Of a DNA stretch of 64,000 bases, positions 38,779-48,853 are shown in pieces. The position numbers and the translations under genes were made by a program. Positions within the stretch are counted from its first letter, which is position 1. Every line of letters starts with the position of its first letter. Source of the DNA: Candidatus Altiarchaeales archaeon (GTDB lineage Archaea; Altiarchaeota; Altiarchaeia; IMC4; SCGC-AAA252-I15); contig WJMO01000005.1 in assembly GCA_014727915.1 (NCBI GenBank), forward strand, positions 224,001 to 288,000, read 5' to 3'. Below the pieces are notes generated by a model. It was not told where the DNA came from. It saw nothing but the letters and a program-made list of their open reading frames with translations, and made no database searches.

Positions 38779-40068
38779 TCACTCCCACCTCTTCTTCAGC
38801 TTCCGGTGGGTGAACTTCTTCTTACGGTAGTCTTCGACGATGTGTCCGTCGCCTTTCAGGATCCACTTGTGTATCACGAGGCCTTCCATCCCGACTGGTC
38901 CGCGGGCGTGTATCTTGTTTGTGCTGATTCCGATCTCCGCTCCCAGGCCGTACCTGTACCCGTCGCTGAACCTGGTAGACGCGTTCCACATCACAGACGA
39001 GCTGTCAACCGAGTCTATGAATTTCCTGGCTGTATACTCGTCCTCTGTGACGATGGCGTCCGTATGTGCCGACCCGTACCTGTTGATGTTCTCTATCGCT
39101 TCATCAACTCCATTTACCGTCCGAACGTTCACTACGAGGTCGTTGTATTCTGTGCTCCAGTCTATGTCGCAGGCTTTCTGAATGTCTCCGAGCACCTTGC
39201 AGGCCTTCTCATCGCCTTTGGCGGTCACGCCTGCCTTACGATACTCCTCCCATATCCTGGGTAGGAACTCTCCGACGATTCTTTCGTCCACTAGCAGGGT
39301 CTCCATAGCATTGCAGACTGCGGGATACTGGCATTTGGCATCGTAGGCGATCCTCAACGCCTTTTCCATGTCCGCCTCCCCGTCGACGTACACGTGGCAC
39401 ACACCGCTTGCATGGCCGAGGACTGGTATCCTCGTGTTCTCCTTTATGTACTTTACGAACTCGTTGCTTCCCCGGGGGACCAGAAGGCTTATGTACTCGT
39501 CCAGCTCCAGCATCTCCGTTACTTCCTCCCTGCTCTCCACCAGTTGTATCCAACCCTCCGGCATCCCAGACTCCTCTGTTGCCGCCTTCATCAGCCCGTA
39601 CAGCATCCTGTTGGTGTGCCGTGCCTCGCTCCCGCCTTTCATCATGACCGCGTTTCCGCTCTTCAGGCAGAGAGCGCCGACGTCCACCACAACGTTCGGC
39701 CTTGATTCGAATATGGCCCCTATGACCCCGATGGGAACCGTGATCTTGTATAGTTCAAGGTCTATGTCCAGTTCGATGGCGTATGTGGTCTCCCCCACGG
39801 GATCCTTCAGCTTCACCACGCTCTTCACACCCTCCACCATTGCTTCGACCTTCTCCTCGTTCAACTGCAGCCTCTTGTAGAGCGCCTCTCCGATCTCGTC
39901 CTTGGATTCCTCGCAGTCCCTGGCGTTTGCCTCCAGAATCTCCCCCTTACGGTCCCACAGGACCTTGGCCAAAGCCAACAGTGCCCTGTCCTTCTCGTCT
40001 GCTGACGTCTTGGCCAGTTCGAGGGATGCCCCCCTTGCCTGCCGCGCCTTTTCGATCGTGGTTGCCAT
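38779..40068 (-). CDS. proA: Gamma-glutamyl phosphate reductase
   Basis: PIGVIGAIFESRPNV, KGGSEA, PRGS, CHVYVD, VCNAMETLL, HTDAI, NASTRFSDG, KIHARGPVG. Confidence 0.97.
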   Translation of the reverse strand: MATTIEKARQARGASLELAKTSADEKDRALLALAKVLWDRKGEILEANARDCEESKDEIGEALYKRLQLNEEKVEAMVEGVKSVVKLKDPVGETTYAIELDIDLELYKITVPIGVIGAIFESRPNVVVDVGALCLKSGNAVMMKGGSEARHTNRMLYGLMKAATEESGMPEGWIQLVESREEVTEMLELDEYISLLVPRGSNEFVKYIKENTRIPVLGHASGVCHVYVDGEADMEKALRIAYDAKCQYPAVCNAMETLLVDERIVGEFLPRIWEEYRKAGVTAKGDEKACKVLGDIQKACDIDWSTEYNDLVVNVRTVNGVDEAIENINRYGSAHTDAIVTEDEYTARKFIDSVDSSSVMWNASTRFSDGYRYGLGAEIGISTNKIHARGPVGMEGLVIHKWILKGDGHIVEDYRKKKFTHRKLKKRWE

Positions 40069-40218
40069 CTCAGGAAAGAATATGGAGAGCCCAAGATAAA
40101 AAACCCACGAATCACAAATAATCAATAAAAAAACACAAATAATTTCAAGTTTTTTAGATATTGTTTTGGTTTGTTACCCTGCGGGCCGGATATTAACTTC
40201 CGCATCCTAGTTCTTTTC

Positions 40219-41709
40219 ATGGGCCAGGCCGAATCGGAGAGGGGCAGATTCTACAGTGTGAAGCAGCCGCCACAGCATGGAGAGGCCGATCTGATAGAAC
40301 TTCGGACAGCGTCCCTCCCCAAGCCCATAAGCCAGACCCCTGAGGGTGTTATGAGGCCGTCCAACATCCTACTGATGGTGCCTGATGAATCCGGCGGCTC
40401 AAGGCTTTTCCTGGTGAGGGAATACATAAAGCGGGAGGGCGTTGACTTCCTGCCAGGGAAAGGCAAAAGCCCAAAGCTTAGAGTGGGTTCCGGCGAAGCT
40501 CCCCGTTTCGTGGCAGTGAGGGACAACAAGGCCTTTGTGATAGAGTTCGAAGAATACGGGATGGTCGAGGATGTCCCCCCTACAACCGGGCTGGAGAAGG
40601 GCCAGATCGGAGACCTGATTGAACTCCGGGACCATCTGGTGCCCATGATACGGCATATGAAGGAGGCGGTATCACATGCGGAAGCCCAGGGCTCAGGCTA
40701 CATACCATTCTACCCCTACGACCCGGAAGGCATCGAGGCAGTGCTCACACCCGCTCCCGTGGATAAGATGGCCGAGAAGGCGATGGGCCTGGACGTTATG
40801 TCCGCCAGCTACATCCGAAGGGAAGCCAACGGCTATGGGGTCAAAATACCCGGCCCCCTCCATGATTCGCTCCTTAAAAGGATGGGCGAAGGCAGGCTGA
40901 CCGACATAGAGGACAGGCGCGTGGCAGGAGCTCTCATGCCATGGGCTTTTGAGTTCATATGCCCGCTTGACGCGTCGACTATGAGCCACCACGACGCTGC
41001 AGGCCCCCTGTGGGCTTGCGCGGGCTTCGCTCAGGCCAGGGTTGAAGCTGGTGACAGGGGGGGAGCGGCAGAGTACATAAGCTCCGGCCTGAAGAATGCG
41101 ATAACAGTGCTGGAAAGGAGGCCTTGGGTGCAGTATGTGGGCAGGAGCTCCGGATTGGTTGAGAAGAACAGGCGGAACAGAAACTCTAACTACAGGCACG
41201 AGCTTGAACTCCTAGGAGAGAATGCCGACTCTGTGGCCGGCCTGCTCGCAAGGGGCCAAATGTGCAGGCAGACGGCATTGGAAGGCGGCCCCGGGCTCTA
41301 CACTGCATTCGACCGGTGGCTGCCGGTGTTCCTGATAGGCATGAACAACCATTTGAACGACAGCGGACTGCGCAGGTCCGCGTCCAACAGGGAGCACCAG
41401 ATACGGATGATCGCCGAGTCGGGAGGGGAAGACCAGATGACGGAGCAGAGCGCTGAGATGCTGAGGTCCGCGATCGCAGGCTACGCCAAGGCAGCCGGCT
41501 CAGCTGTCCGATGCAATGCCGGAGACTTGGAACTACAGGTGCAGTCGGCTGATGGACTGCTCAACTCCGCGCTAACATGGAGCAGCACCCTGGAGCACGC
41601 GACACAGCCCAGCACCGGATTATGGGTCAGCCCTCAGGAAGACTTCCTACAGATGACAGACCCCCAGAACATAAGGAGGGTGGTCGAAGCGCTCAACCAC
41701 CTTGTCTAG
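40219..41709 (+). CDS. Hypothetical protein (orphan, helical C-terminal half)
   Basis: ~496-codon ORF divergent from proA; no recognisable motif. Confidence 0.65.
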   Translation: MGQAESERGRFYSVKQPPQHGEADLIELRTASLPKPISQTPEGVMRPSNILLMVPDESGGSRLFLVREYIKREGVDFLPGKGKSPKLRVGSGEAPRFVAVRDNKAFVIEFEEYGMVEDVPPTTGLEKGQIGDLIELRDHLVPMIRHMKEAVSHAEAQGSGYIPFYPYDPEGIEAVLTPAPVDKMAEKAMGLDVMSASYIRREANGYGVKIPGPLHDSLLKRMGEGRLTDIEDRRVAGALMPWAFEFICPLDASTMSHHDAAGPLWACAGFAQARVEAGDRGGAAEYISSGLKNAITVLERRPWVQYVGRSSGLVEKNRRNRNSNYRHELELLGENADSVAGLLARGQMCRQTALEGGPGLYTAFDRWLPVFLIGMNNHLNDSGLRRSASNREHQIRMIAESGGEDQMTEQSAEMLRSAIAGYAKAAGSAVRCNAGDLELQVQSADGLLNSALTWSSTLEHATQPSTGLWVSPQEDFLQMTDPQNIRRVVEALNHLV

Positions 41710-42026
41710 AGTTTGACGGGACGGTCCTGCTCGTATTTGACCCTGTTCTTCAACGCGGTCTCGGCCTTCCCGAGCTCATAGCCCAGATAGGCGGCGTGGT
41801 CTATCCGAGTTATCAGACTGTTGCCCAGTATGGTCCTGTAAAGTGTCTCAGCGTTGGTGCCCTTGAACACCTTGTTCAGCTTGCCGGAGACCGTCCGCCT
41901 CCGGGTTCCGACGTCCTTGACCACGTTAACATAGTGCTCGACCACGATGTTCCTCCTGGCGCCGTCAAGGTATATGTAGAAGAAGCCGCCACTGTCCTCT
42001 TTGAAATCCATGTACTTGCGGTCCAT
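41706..42026 (-). CDS. DUF4346 domain protein
   Basis: DSGGFFYIYLD...GTNAETLY...IDHAAYLGYELGKAE...YEQD. Confidence 0.85.
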   Translation of the reverse strand: MDRKYMDFKEDSGGFFYIYLDGARRNIVVEHYVNVVKDVGTRRRTVSGKLNKVFKGTNAETLYRTILGNSLITRIDHAAYLGYELGKAETALKNRVKYEQDRPVKL

Positions 42027-42093
42027 CCCACCTCAACCAAGAAAATAGAATGATTCACGATTTAAATAACATCCCTTCGATGGTATTGGTATC

Positions 42094-43866
42094 ATGCTCA
42101 GGTGGTTGGACGATTATTTCGGCCTACAATGGCTTGCAGGACTATCCATCGCGGTGCTCTTCCTCGCAGCCGGAATACTGACAATCGGCGATTATGGCAT
42201 AACCGTGGACAGCCCGGAGAACTTCCTCTGGGGCGACATATACCTCCGATTCTACCAGTCCTGGAACCCCGCCTACCTGAGGTACGGTGAGGGCGAGAAC
42301 CCGTTGATAGAGTATCCACCAGCACCCACCCACGTATTCGACCATAGGGTGAAATACCGGCCGTGGATGTTCCACCCCGTTGCCAAGATATTCACAGCAT
42401 TCACCCATCAGACGTTCCATGAGCGTCTGGGTTGGCTAGACGACATCGACGCACACCACCTAGGCATACTGGTGATATCCGCGGCCGGCGTATTCGCACT
42501 ATATGCCATGGTCTACGAGGTGTTCGGCTACGCTCCCGCAGTAATATCTGCAGCCTCTCTCGCATTATACCCTCGTTTCATAGCCCACAGCCACAACAAC
42601 GTAAAGGACACGCCAATGACATGTTTCTTCATATTCACCATGTACTGCTTTTGGAAGGCGTTCAACACCAGGGACCTGCGCTGGAGCATACTTGCAGGCA
42701 CTTCGCTTGGCCTATCATTGAACGTCAAGATAAACGCCTACTTCATGCCTCTGATATTCGGGGTTTGGCTGTTCCTCACCTACAAGGGCGGAGAGGGCAC
42801 GGTTATGATGCCCAAATTCACAGTTGAACGGGCGAGCATCAAATACTGCCTCCAGGAGAGGAGATACGACTCCAAGCTCAACATCGCAGTCATAGTAATA
42901 TTGGCGCTGTCCGTGATGTACCTGAGCTGGCCGTACCTATGGGAAAGGCCGCTGGCCAACCTGTTCACGAGCATGCAATTGTTCGCCCAGGGCGGAAAGG
43001 ACATACCCGTTCTCTACAACGGCGTGATATACTCCTCATCAACGGACCTGCCGTTCTACTATGCTCCGCATTACCTGCTGATCGTAACACCCCCCCAAGT
43101 TCTGTTACTATCCGCCCTTGGCATGTTCGAGGCAGGCAGGATCCTTAAGTCAAAGCGGAAACCGGACTCTGACAAGAGGGAGATGATAATCCTCCTCCTG
43201 CTCTGGCTCCTGACCCCCCTCGCAAAGTACATGATACCCGGCACTGTAGTAATCGATGGCATAAGGCATTTCCTGGAGGTGGTGCCGCCTCTCTGCGTAT
43301 TCGCAGGGCTCGGTGGCGGGCTCCTATATGGCAGAGCCAGGGATTACCTGTCCTCTCGCGCTTCTCACCCAAGGATACTGGCAGTTATCCTGGTGATCCT
43401 GCTCTATGCTCCCACGGCATACGCGAACGTGAGACTCCACCCCTACCAGATAGCATACTTCAACTTCCTCGTCGGCGGGGTCAAGGGAGCAGAGGGCAGG
43501 TATGAGATAGGATACTGGGGCACGGCCTTGAAGGAGGCGGCATGGTGGACGTCCCAGTGGAAGACGCCAGACGTTAAGGTGATGGACCCAATGTGGTGGC
43601 ATCTGACCGCATACTACCTCGACATATCCCGGAACCCCGGGGAAAAGAACTACGTCATACTATTGAACGACCCTACAATGCACAACATCTCCTGGTTCAG
43701 CCCCCGCACTCGCAACATCATGGCCTACGTCCTCGAGAACAAGACGCCAGTCCACACAGTCGGCGTCGAAGGAGTGCCACTCGCCTACGTCTACGACGTA
43801 GCCGGGGATGAATTCAAGAACATAGAAGGATACGAAGTCCAAAACTACACTGCCTGCGGTTGCTGA
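42094..43866 (+). CDS. GT-C fold integral-membrane glycosyltransferase (ArnT/PMT-like)
   Basis: DYGITVDSP luminal loop, PRFIAHSHNNVKD, ~11 TM helices, DGIRHFL, HPYQIAYFN, YWG. Confidence 0.85.
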   Translation: MLRWLDDYFGLQWLAGLSIAVLFLAAGILTIGDYGITVDSPENFLWGDIYLRFYQSWNPAYLRYGEGENPLIEYPPAPTHVFDHRVKYRPWMFHPVAKIFTAFTHQTFHERLGWLDDIDAHHLGILVISAAGVFALYAMVYEVFGYAPAVISAASLALYPRFIAHSHNNVKDTPMTCFFIFTMYCFWKAFNTRDLRWSILAGTSLGLSLNVKINAYFMPLIFGVWLFLTYKGGEGTVMMPKFTVERASIKYCLQERRYDSKLNIAVIVILALSVMYLSWPYLWERPLANLFTSMQLFAQGGKDIPVLYNGVIYSSSTDLPFYYAPHYLLIVTPPQVLLLSALGMFEAGRILKSKRKPDSDKREMIILLLLWLLTPLAKYMIPGTVVIDGIRHFLEVVPPLCVFAGLGGGLLYGRARDYLSSRASHPRILAVILVILLYAPTAYANVRLHPYQIAYFNFLVGGVKGAEGRYEIGYWGTALKEAAWWTSQWKTPDVKVMDPMWWHLTAYYLDISRNPGEKNYVILLNDPTMHNISWFSPRTRNIMAYVLENKTPVHTVGVEGVPLAYVYDVAGDEFKNIEGYEVQNYTACGC

Positions 43867-43900
43867 CAAAACCACCCCCCAAAAACAGGCTCCAAATAGT

Positions 43901-44284
43901 TCACGCTTTCAGTATTCTTATCGCTAGGTGGGCTGCGTTTTTCCCGTTGTCCACTCCCACCGCCGCCACTGGAACCCCCGGCGGCATCTGCACCACTGCT
44001 AATAGGGCGTCCATTCCCCCGAGCTTCGCGTCCACGGGAACGCCAATAACAGGTTTGGCGGTCTTGGACGCGACCACCCCCGGAAGGGCTGCTGAAAGCC
44101 CGGCTATGCATATGAAAACCCTAGCGTCCGTATTCTCCACTATCTCATCCAAACGGTCTGGCTCCCTGTGGGCGCTGCAGTATTCGACCTTATGGTCTGT
44201 CTTGTTCTCCTTGAGCACTTCCTCGGCCTTCTCCACTATCTTCCGGTCGGATTCGCTCCCCGCTATTATTAAAACGTCGACCAT
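43901..44284 (-). CDS. purE: AIR carboxylase / N5-CAIR mutase
   Basis: [38 protein letters not shown]. Confidence 0.95.
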   Translation of the reverse strand: MVDVLIIAGSESDRKIVEKAEEVLKENKTDHKVEYCSAHREPDRLDEIVENTDARVFICIAGLSAALPGVVASKTAKPVIGVPVDAKLGGMDALLAVVQMPPGVPVAAVGVDNGKNAAHLAIRILKA

Positions 44285-44301
44285 AATAGGTTAAAGGTAA
44301 A

Positions 44302-45066
44302 ATGGCTATTAAAGTAGCTCTCTTGGGCGCTGGAAGGATGGGCCGGGCAGCGGCAAAGAAGATAGTCGAGGCAGGGGACATTGAAATTGTCGCAGCATAC
44401 GACCTAAAACCCGGAGGTCCTGTTGAAGGGGTCAAAGTCCAGGACATAAAAGAGCTTGACGGCGGTCTTGACGGCGTTGACGTCGCTGTGGACTTCACCC
44501 TGCCAAGCGCATGCTGCGAGAACGCTAAGACAATATCCGATGCTGGCGTGAAGCTTGTGGTTGGCACCACCGGCTTCGACGAAGGTCAGATGAAGAAGCT
44601 GAAGGATATGGTGGAACCCGTAGGTGCTGTGATATCCCCGAACATGAGCGTCGGCGTCAACGTGTTCTGGCAGCTCGTCGGCGAAGCGGCTGAAAAGTTC
44701 AAAGGCTACGACATCGAGGTTGTCGAAGCCCATCACAGGTTCAAGAAGGACGCGCCAAGCGGCACGGCATTGAAAGCCGTCGAGAGGATATGCGAGGCCT
44801 CCGGCAGGGATGTGAGAGGTGATGTGGTCTATGGGAGGGAGGGCGAGTGCCCCCGGCGTGAGGGGGAGATCGGCGTTCACAGCATACGTGCCGGCGACAT
44901 AGTTGGAGAACACACGGTAATATTCTCCACATTGGGCGAACGGTTCGAGATACGCCACCAAGCCCATTCACGCGAAAGCTTCGCGTCTGGGATACCTGAT
45001 GCGATAAGGTTCATAAAGGCCAGGAAAGGGGTTTATGACATGCAGGATGTGCTGGGATTGAGATGA
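44302..45066 (+). CDS. dapB: 4-hydroxy-tetrahydrodipicolinate reductase
   Basis: GAGRMG, DFT, GTTG, PNMSVGVN, EAHHRFKKDAPSGTA, RAGDIVGEH. Confidence 0.97.
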   Translation: MAIKVALLGAGRMGRAAAKKIVEAGDIEIVAAYDLKPGGPVEGVKVQDIKELDGGLDGVDVAVDFTLPSACCENAKTISDAGVKLVVGTTGFDEGQMKKLKDMVEPVGAVISPNMSVGVNVFWQLVGEAAEKFKGYDIEVVEAHHRFKKDAPSGTALKAVERICEASGRDVRGDVVYGREGECPRREGEIGVHSIRAGDIVGEHTVIFSTLGERFEIRHQAHSRESFASGIPDAIRFIKARKGVYDMQDVLGLR

Positions 45067-45632
45067 AGGTGCTCGGCATAAACGGAAGCCATCGCAGGGA
45101 CGGCAACACGCATCTGATGCTCGGAAAGGCCTTGGAAGTCTGCGAAAGAAACGGATTTGACACGGAACAGGTAAACCTCGCCGACCTGGAATTGGGCTAT
45201 TGCACCGTCTGCGATGCCTGCAAGTCCGAGTTCACCTGCAGCCTGGAAGATGATGTGATGGGTGTTCTTGAGAAGATGGCCTCAGCAGACGCTATCCTAG
45301 TCGCCACGCCGGTCTACTTCGGCGGGGTCACCGGGAGGCTGCGCACTTTATTCGACCGGACCCTGCCCCTCAGGCGGAACGGTCTCATGCTTTCAGGCAA
45401 GCTGGGAGCCGCCCTGGCTGTGGGTGGAAGCCGTAACGGAGGCCAGGAGATGAGCATACAGCAGATACACGCCTGGATGCTCATCCAGGAGATGGCAATA
45501 GTGGGGGACATGAAGACGGCCCACTTCGGGGGCATAGCCACCGCTCACAAGCCTGCAACCGTTGAAGCTGACGAGACCGGGATGAATACAGTGCTGAACA
45601 CCGCCGAGAACATATGCCGGCGGCTTAAATAG
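45063..45632 (+). CDS. Iron-sulfur flavoprotein (multimeric flavodoxin WrbA/Isf family)
   Basis: GSHRRDGNT, CTVCDAC-x5-C, ATPVYFG, GGSRNGGQE. Confidence 0.9.
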   Translation: MKVLGINGSHRRDGNTHLMLGKALEVCERNGFDTEQVNLADLELGYCTVCDACKSEFTCSLEDDVMGVLEKMASADAILVATPVYFGGVTGRLRTLFDRTLPLRRNGLMLSGKLGAALAVGGSRNGGQEMSIQQIHAWMLIQEMAIVGDMKTAHFGGIATAHKPATVEADETGMNTVLNTAENICRRLK

Positions 45633-45638
45633 GGTAAA

Positions 45639-46244
45639 TTACCTCCTGCATTCGTCTCTGAAGTTCTCGAGTATCCTCAGCCCGTTGTCGCCGCTCTTCT
45701 CCGGGTGGAATTGGGTGGCGTGAACGTTCCCTTCGCTGATCACCGACGGGAAGGTCCGCCCGTATTCGGTTTCGCCCGCAACCACCCAAACAGAGTTAGG
45801 CATTACATGGTATGAGTGGACGAAGTAGAAGTAGCTCCCGTCCTCCACTCCCTCCAGCAACGGGGTTTCCCTCACCCTCCTCACGGTATTCCATCCCATG
45901 TGTGGAACTTTCAAACCGCCCGTGAACTTCCGGCAGGTTCCCCTGAACAGTCCGAGGCCCCCGACTCCCGGGTTCTCCTCGCTGGACTCGAATATCAACT
46001 GTATCCCGAGACAGACTCCGAGGAAGGGCGTGCCCGAATCGACGGCATCCTCTATCGATGGTTTGAACGCTTTCACCTTCTCCATTGCGTCGCCGAAAGC
46101 CCCCACACCCGGCAGAACGATACCGTCCGCGTCCCCGATCATTCCAGGGTCTTCAACGAGCTTCAAATCCGCCCCGACCTTCCTCAGCCCGTTGCTTATG
46201 CTTCTGAGGTTCCCGGCTCCGTAGTCTATCACAGCAATCATCAT
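45639..46244 (-). CDS. hisH: Imidazole glycerol phosphate synthase glutaminase subunit
   Basis: IDYGAGNL, LPGVGAF, GVCLG, VPHMGWN, YFVHSY, QFHPEKS. Confidence 0.97.
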   Translation of the reverse strand: MMIAVIDYGAGNLRSISNGLRKVGADLKLVEDPGMIGDADGIVLPGVGAFGDAMEKVKAFKPSIEDAVDSGTPFLGVCLGIQLIFESSEENPGVGGLGLFRGTCRKFTGGLKVPHMGWNTVRRVRETPLLEGVEDGSYFYFVHSYHVMPNSVWVVAGETEYGRTFPSVISEGNVHATQFHPEKSGDNGLRILENFRDECRR

Positions 46245-46280
46245 GGCCTTAATTTATGTGTGTTCTCTATCTTTAATACG

Positions 46281-47252
46281 ATGAGCAGACCTCCTGCCGA
46301 GAGACCCCCCGGCGAAGGCGCCCCGTTGGAGCGGGCTCCAAAGGCATGGGAGTACCCTGGACTGGATGCTCGTCTTCTGAAGTTCGTGAAGCGGGAAGGG
46401 CAGGTTGGGTTCCGGCGGCGTGCCCACGACATAGACGACTCTGGCTACGTGGAGATAGGCGGCCTCAAATACATGGTGTTGGAAAACATCAATTCGCCCC
46501 GTTTTAGCTTCACAGTGCCGATGGGCCTTAACGCATTATTTGACAGATCCTGCAAGGCTATGGGTGTTGTGGGCGCTGGGGGTAGTGTCTGCTTCGCAGG
46601 CCCGGTGGACGTAAAAAATCTCGAATCTGCGGGAATCACATTCGACGGTGGTATCAGCAGCTGGGGTTCCGTCCACGCGAGAGAGGGCGAGATAAAGGGC
46701 CGGGGCGACATAATCGCAGAACAGGTTAAGGCAAGATCGAACATCGGCGTATATGGTTCCGTCAGCGCTCAGCTGGTGATGTCCCTGGACGGGTTCCTGT
46801 CAGCGGACTCTGTTCGGGGCGAGGCTATCCTCGGAAGCCGCGGAGTCCTCGCCATGAACGGTAGCCTCGAATACCCCAACGAGGCGAACACCGATGTCAG
46901 GCGGATATGTTTGGTCTGGAGCAGGGATGGGAGAATATACTCAAAGGGCGGCATAAGAACCGGAAGCATCTGCTCATCCCAGGACATACTCACCTCAGAG
47001 GGTGACTTGCAGATAGAAAAGGACGCCTTCTGCATCTCAGCTAATATAAAGGGCCGGGTCGTGAACTCGAAGGGCGAGGACGCTTCAACCAACCTATACT
47101 CCAGACGCGGCGGCCAGATACTAGACGAGTATGACCGGAAAGTCATGGTGCCAGCAAGGGATGTGGATCCAGACGACCTCTACCGGAAGGTGGAGCGGTC
47201 CCCCTTCGCATGGGATAGGTGGGAGCAGTACTACACTCGCTATACTGACTGA
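46281..47252 (+). CDS. Hypothetical protein with probable beta-helix (bactofilin/DUF342-like) repeats
   Basis: Probable ATG at 46281; repeated short G-x-I/V-x-A/S units (GGISSWGSVHAREGEIKGRGDIIAEQVKARSNIGVYGSVSAQ). Confidence 0.55.
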   Translation: MSRPPAERPPGEGAPLERAPKAWEYPGLDARLLKFVKREGQVGFRRRAHDIDDSGYVEIGGLKYMVLENINSPRFSFTVPMGLNALFDRSCKAMGVVGAGGSVCFAGPVDVKNLESAGITFDGGISSWGSVHAREGEIKGRGDIIAEQVKARSNIGVYGSVSAQLVMSLDGFLSADSVRGEAILGSRGVLAMNGSLEYPNEANTDVRRICLVWSRDGRIYSKGGIRTGSICSSQDILTSEGDLQIEKDAFCISANIKGRVVNSKGEDASTNLYSRRGGQILDEYDRKVMVPARDVDPDDLYRKVERSPFAWDRWEQYYTRYTD

Positions 47253-47974
47253 TATGCCTTGACTGCGCTGATTATCCTCGCTAGCATCATCGGGTCCCGC
47301 TCAGCTATAGTCCCGGTGACTATCACGTCCGCGCCCGCTTCCACGACCTCAACCACTGAATCGGGTGTTCTCATGCCCCCTCCAACGATCAAGGGGACGG
47401 AGATCTCGCCTCTTACTGTTCTCACCATCTCAACCGGCACTGGCTTGTCGGCTCCGCTGCCAGCCTCCAGGTAAACGCAGCTCATCCCATAGTATTCGGC
47501 GGTAAGCGAGTAGGCGACCGCTTTATCAATGTCTTCCTCTCCTATCCTGTCGACCTCTCCCACTTTCTCGACAGTCGTGGGTTCCCTGCTTGTCGATATT
47601 ACAACATAACCCATTGGTATAGGATCAACGCCCATCTTCTTCAGATGGGGTGCTGCTTTCATCTGCTCGCCCACGAGGAACCTCCTGTTCTTGCTGTTCA
47701 TGAGCATCATCCAGAATATGTGGTCCGCGTGTGCGCTCACCCCCGCGGCAGTGCTGGGGAAAAGGATAGTGGGCAGGTTGCATGACCGTCTTATGGCTTT
47801 TGTGACTGTGTCCGTCACCTCATTCCCAGCGGTGGACCCCCCGACCATTATCGCATCGGACCCGTATTCTTCCGCTTTGGCCGCGAGCTCCCCCGCATTC
47901 CCCGGGCTCTGATTGTCGGGGTCTATAAGCGTGAAATGGGTTTTTCCGCCTTTCAGGATATCTTGCAGGTCCAT
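47240..47974 (-). CDS. Geranylgeranylglyceryl phosphate synthase (PcrB/GGGPS family)
   Basis: HFTLIDPD, AIMVGGS, ILFP, VYLEAGSGA, VGGGMR, GADVIVTGT. Confidence 0.95.
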   Translation of the reverse strand: MDLQDILKGGKTHFTLIDPDNQSPGNAGELAAKAEEYGSDAIMVGGSTAGNEVTDTVTKAIRRSCNLPTILFPSTAAGVSAHADHIFWMMLMNSKNRRFLVGEQMKAAPHLKKMGVDPIPMGYVVISTSREPTTVEKVGEVDRIGEEDIDKAVAYSLTAEYYGMSCVYLEAGSGADKPVPVEMVRTVRGEISVPLIVGGGMRTPDSVVEVVEAGADVIVTGTIAERDPMMLARIISAVKAYQSV

Positions 47975-48010
47975 GAGGAAAAGTATGGGTTTTCAGGTAA
48001 AAAATACGTT

Positions 48011-48823
48011 TCAGCGGGTGAATTTGGGCCCCGCCCTCCTGAATTCCCTTATCTTCTGCGGCTTTAGCTTCCCATCATAGTCGTATAGCACCACCCTCTC
48101 CTCCACCCAGTCTGCCTCGGGTTTATCGCATTTTTCGCCCTGCCTGCACCGTTCTCTAGCATGGGATAGCCTTTGGACACGCGCCTGCTGGACTTGGGTC
48201 CGCTCCTCGTCGAATTCGAAATGCCAGTCGACGTGGAGGTTGACATCCCTCCCGTGGGTGATATCCCGCACCAGTTCAACCAGTAGTTCAGGGTTTGTCA
48301 CCTTGATCTTCTTAGGCTCCGCTGGCGCCCCTCCCTCGCCCGCGTCCAAAGGCACTGTGCCTGCAGCTGGTGATGCCAAAGGCACTGTGCCTGCAGCTGG
48401 TGATGCCAAAGGCACTGTGCCTGCAGCTGGTGATGCCAATGATGTTGTGCCTGCAGCCGGTGATGTTGCACCCTCTGATGATGTTGCCGTTGAAGCCGGC
48501 CCTCCCGCAGTCTCAGCCGGTATCTCCCTATCCGACCGTAGCTCGACCATAACTTCGCTTTCTCCCGTATTGATCCTCACTCCAAGATGGCTTACCCCAT
48601 CGCCTGGCACCACCTCGAACCGGCTGAACGTTACTGTCTTGGGATAGTCTGCCTTTAACTTCGCCTCACGCTCCCTGTAGGTTTCGGCCAGTAGCTTGTC
48701 CGCTCCGCCGGGGGTGACCTGCTTGAGCCCTTCCATCACTTCCTCGATCCTCTGAGGCGGCTGTGCGGTGTCATGTGCTGGTTGCTCGGCTGCGTGCGCT
48801 TCCTGCGGTGGCGGGCTTGGCAT
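48011..48823 (-). CDS. Hypothetical protein with internal ASPAAGTVPL tandem repeat
   Basis: P/Q/A-rich N-terminus; repeat inserted in frame between two beta-rich halves. Confidence 0.65.
   Translation of the reverse strand: MPSPPPQEAHAAEQPAHDTAQPPQRIEEVMEGLKQVTPGGADKLLAETYREREAKLKADYPKTVTFSRFEVVPGDGVSHLGVRINTGESEVMVELRSDREIPAETAGGPASTATSSEGATSPAAGTTSLASPAAGTVPLASPAAGTVPLASPAAGTVPLDAGEGGAPAEPKKIKVTNPELLVELVRDITHGRDVNLHVDWHFEFDEERTQVQQARVQRLSHARERCRQGEKCDKPEADWVEERVVLYDYDGKLKPQKIREFRRAGPKFTR
48346..48465. repeat. 30-bp coding tandem repeat (3 identical + 1 degenerate copy)
   Basis: CCAAAGGCACTGTGCCTGCAGCTGGTGATG at 48346, 48376 and 48406; variant at 48436. Confidence 0.95.
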
Positions 48824-48853
48824 ATACTATTTCAGGATGAAAAACGTTATAAA

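Noticed and set aside
45816-46280. First 155 codons of the 478 aa ORF
   Set aside because: They are antisense to hisH; the real start is probably ATG 46281.
48346-48465. 30-bp repeats as a CRISPR array
   Set aside because: The units are head-to-tail with no spacers, in frame within a CDS, and there are no cas genes.
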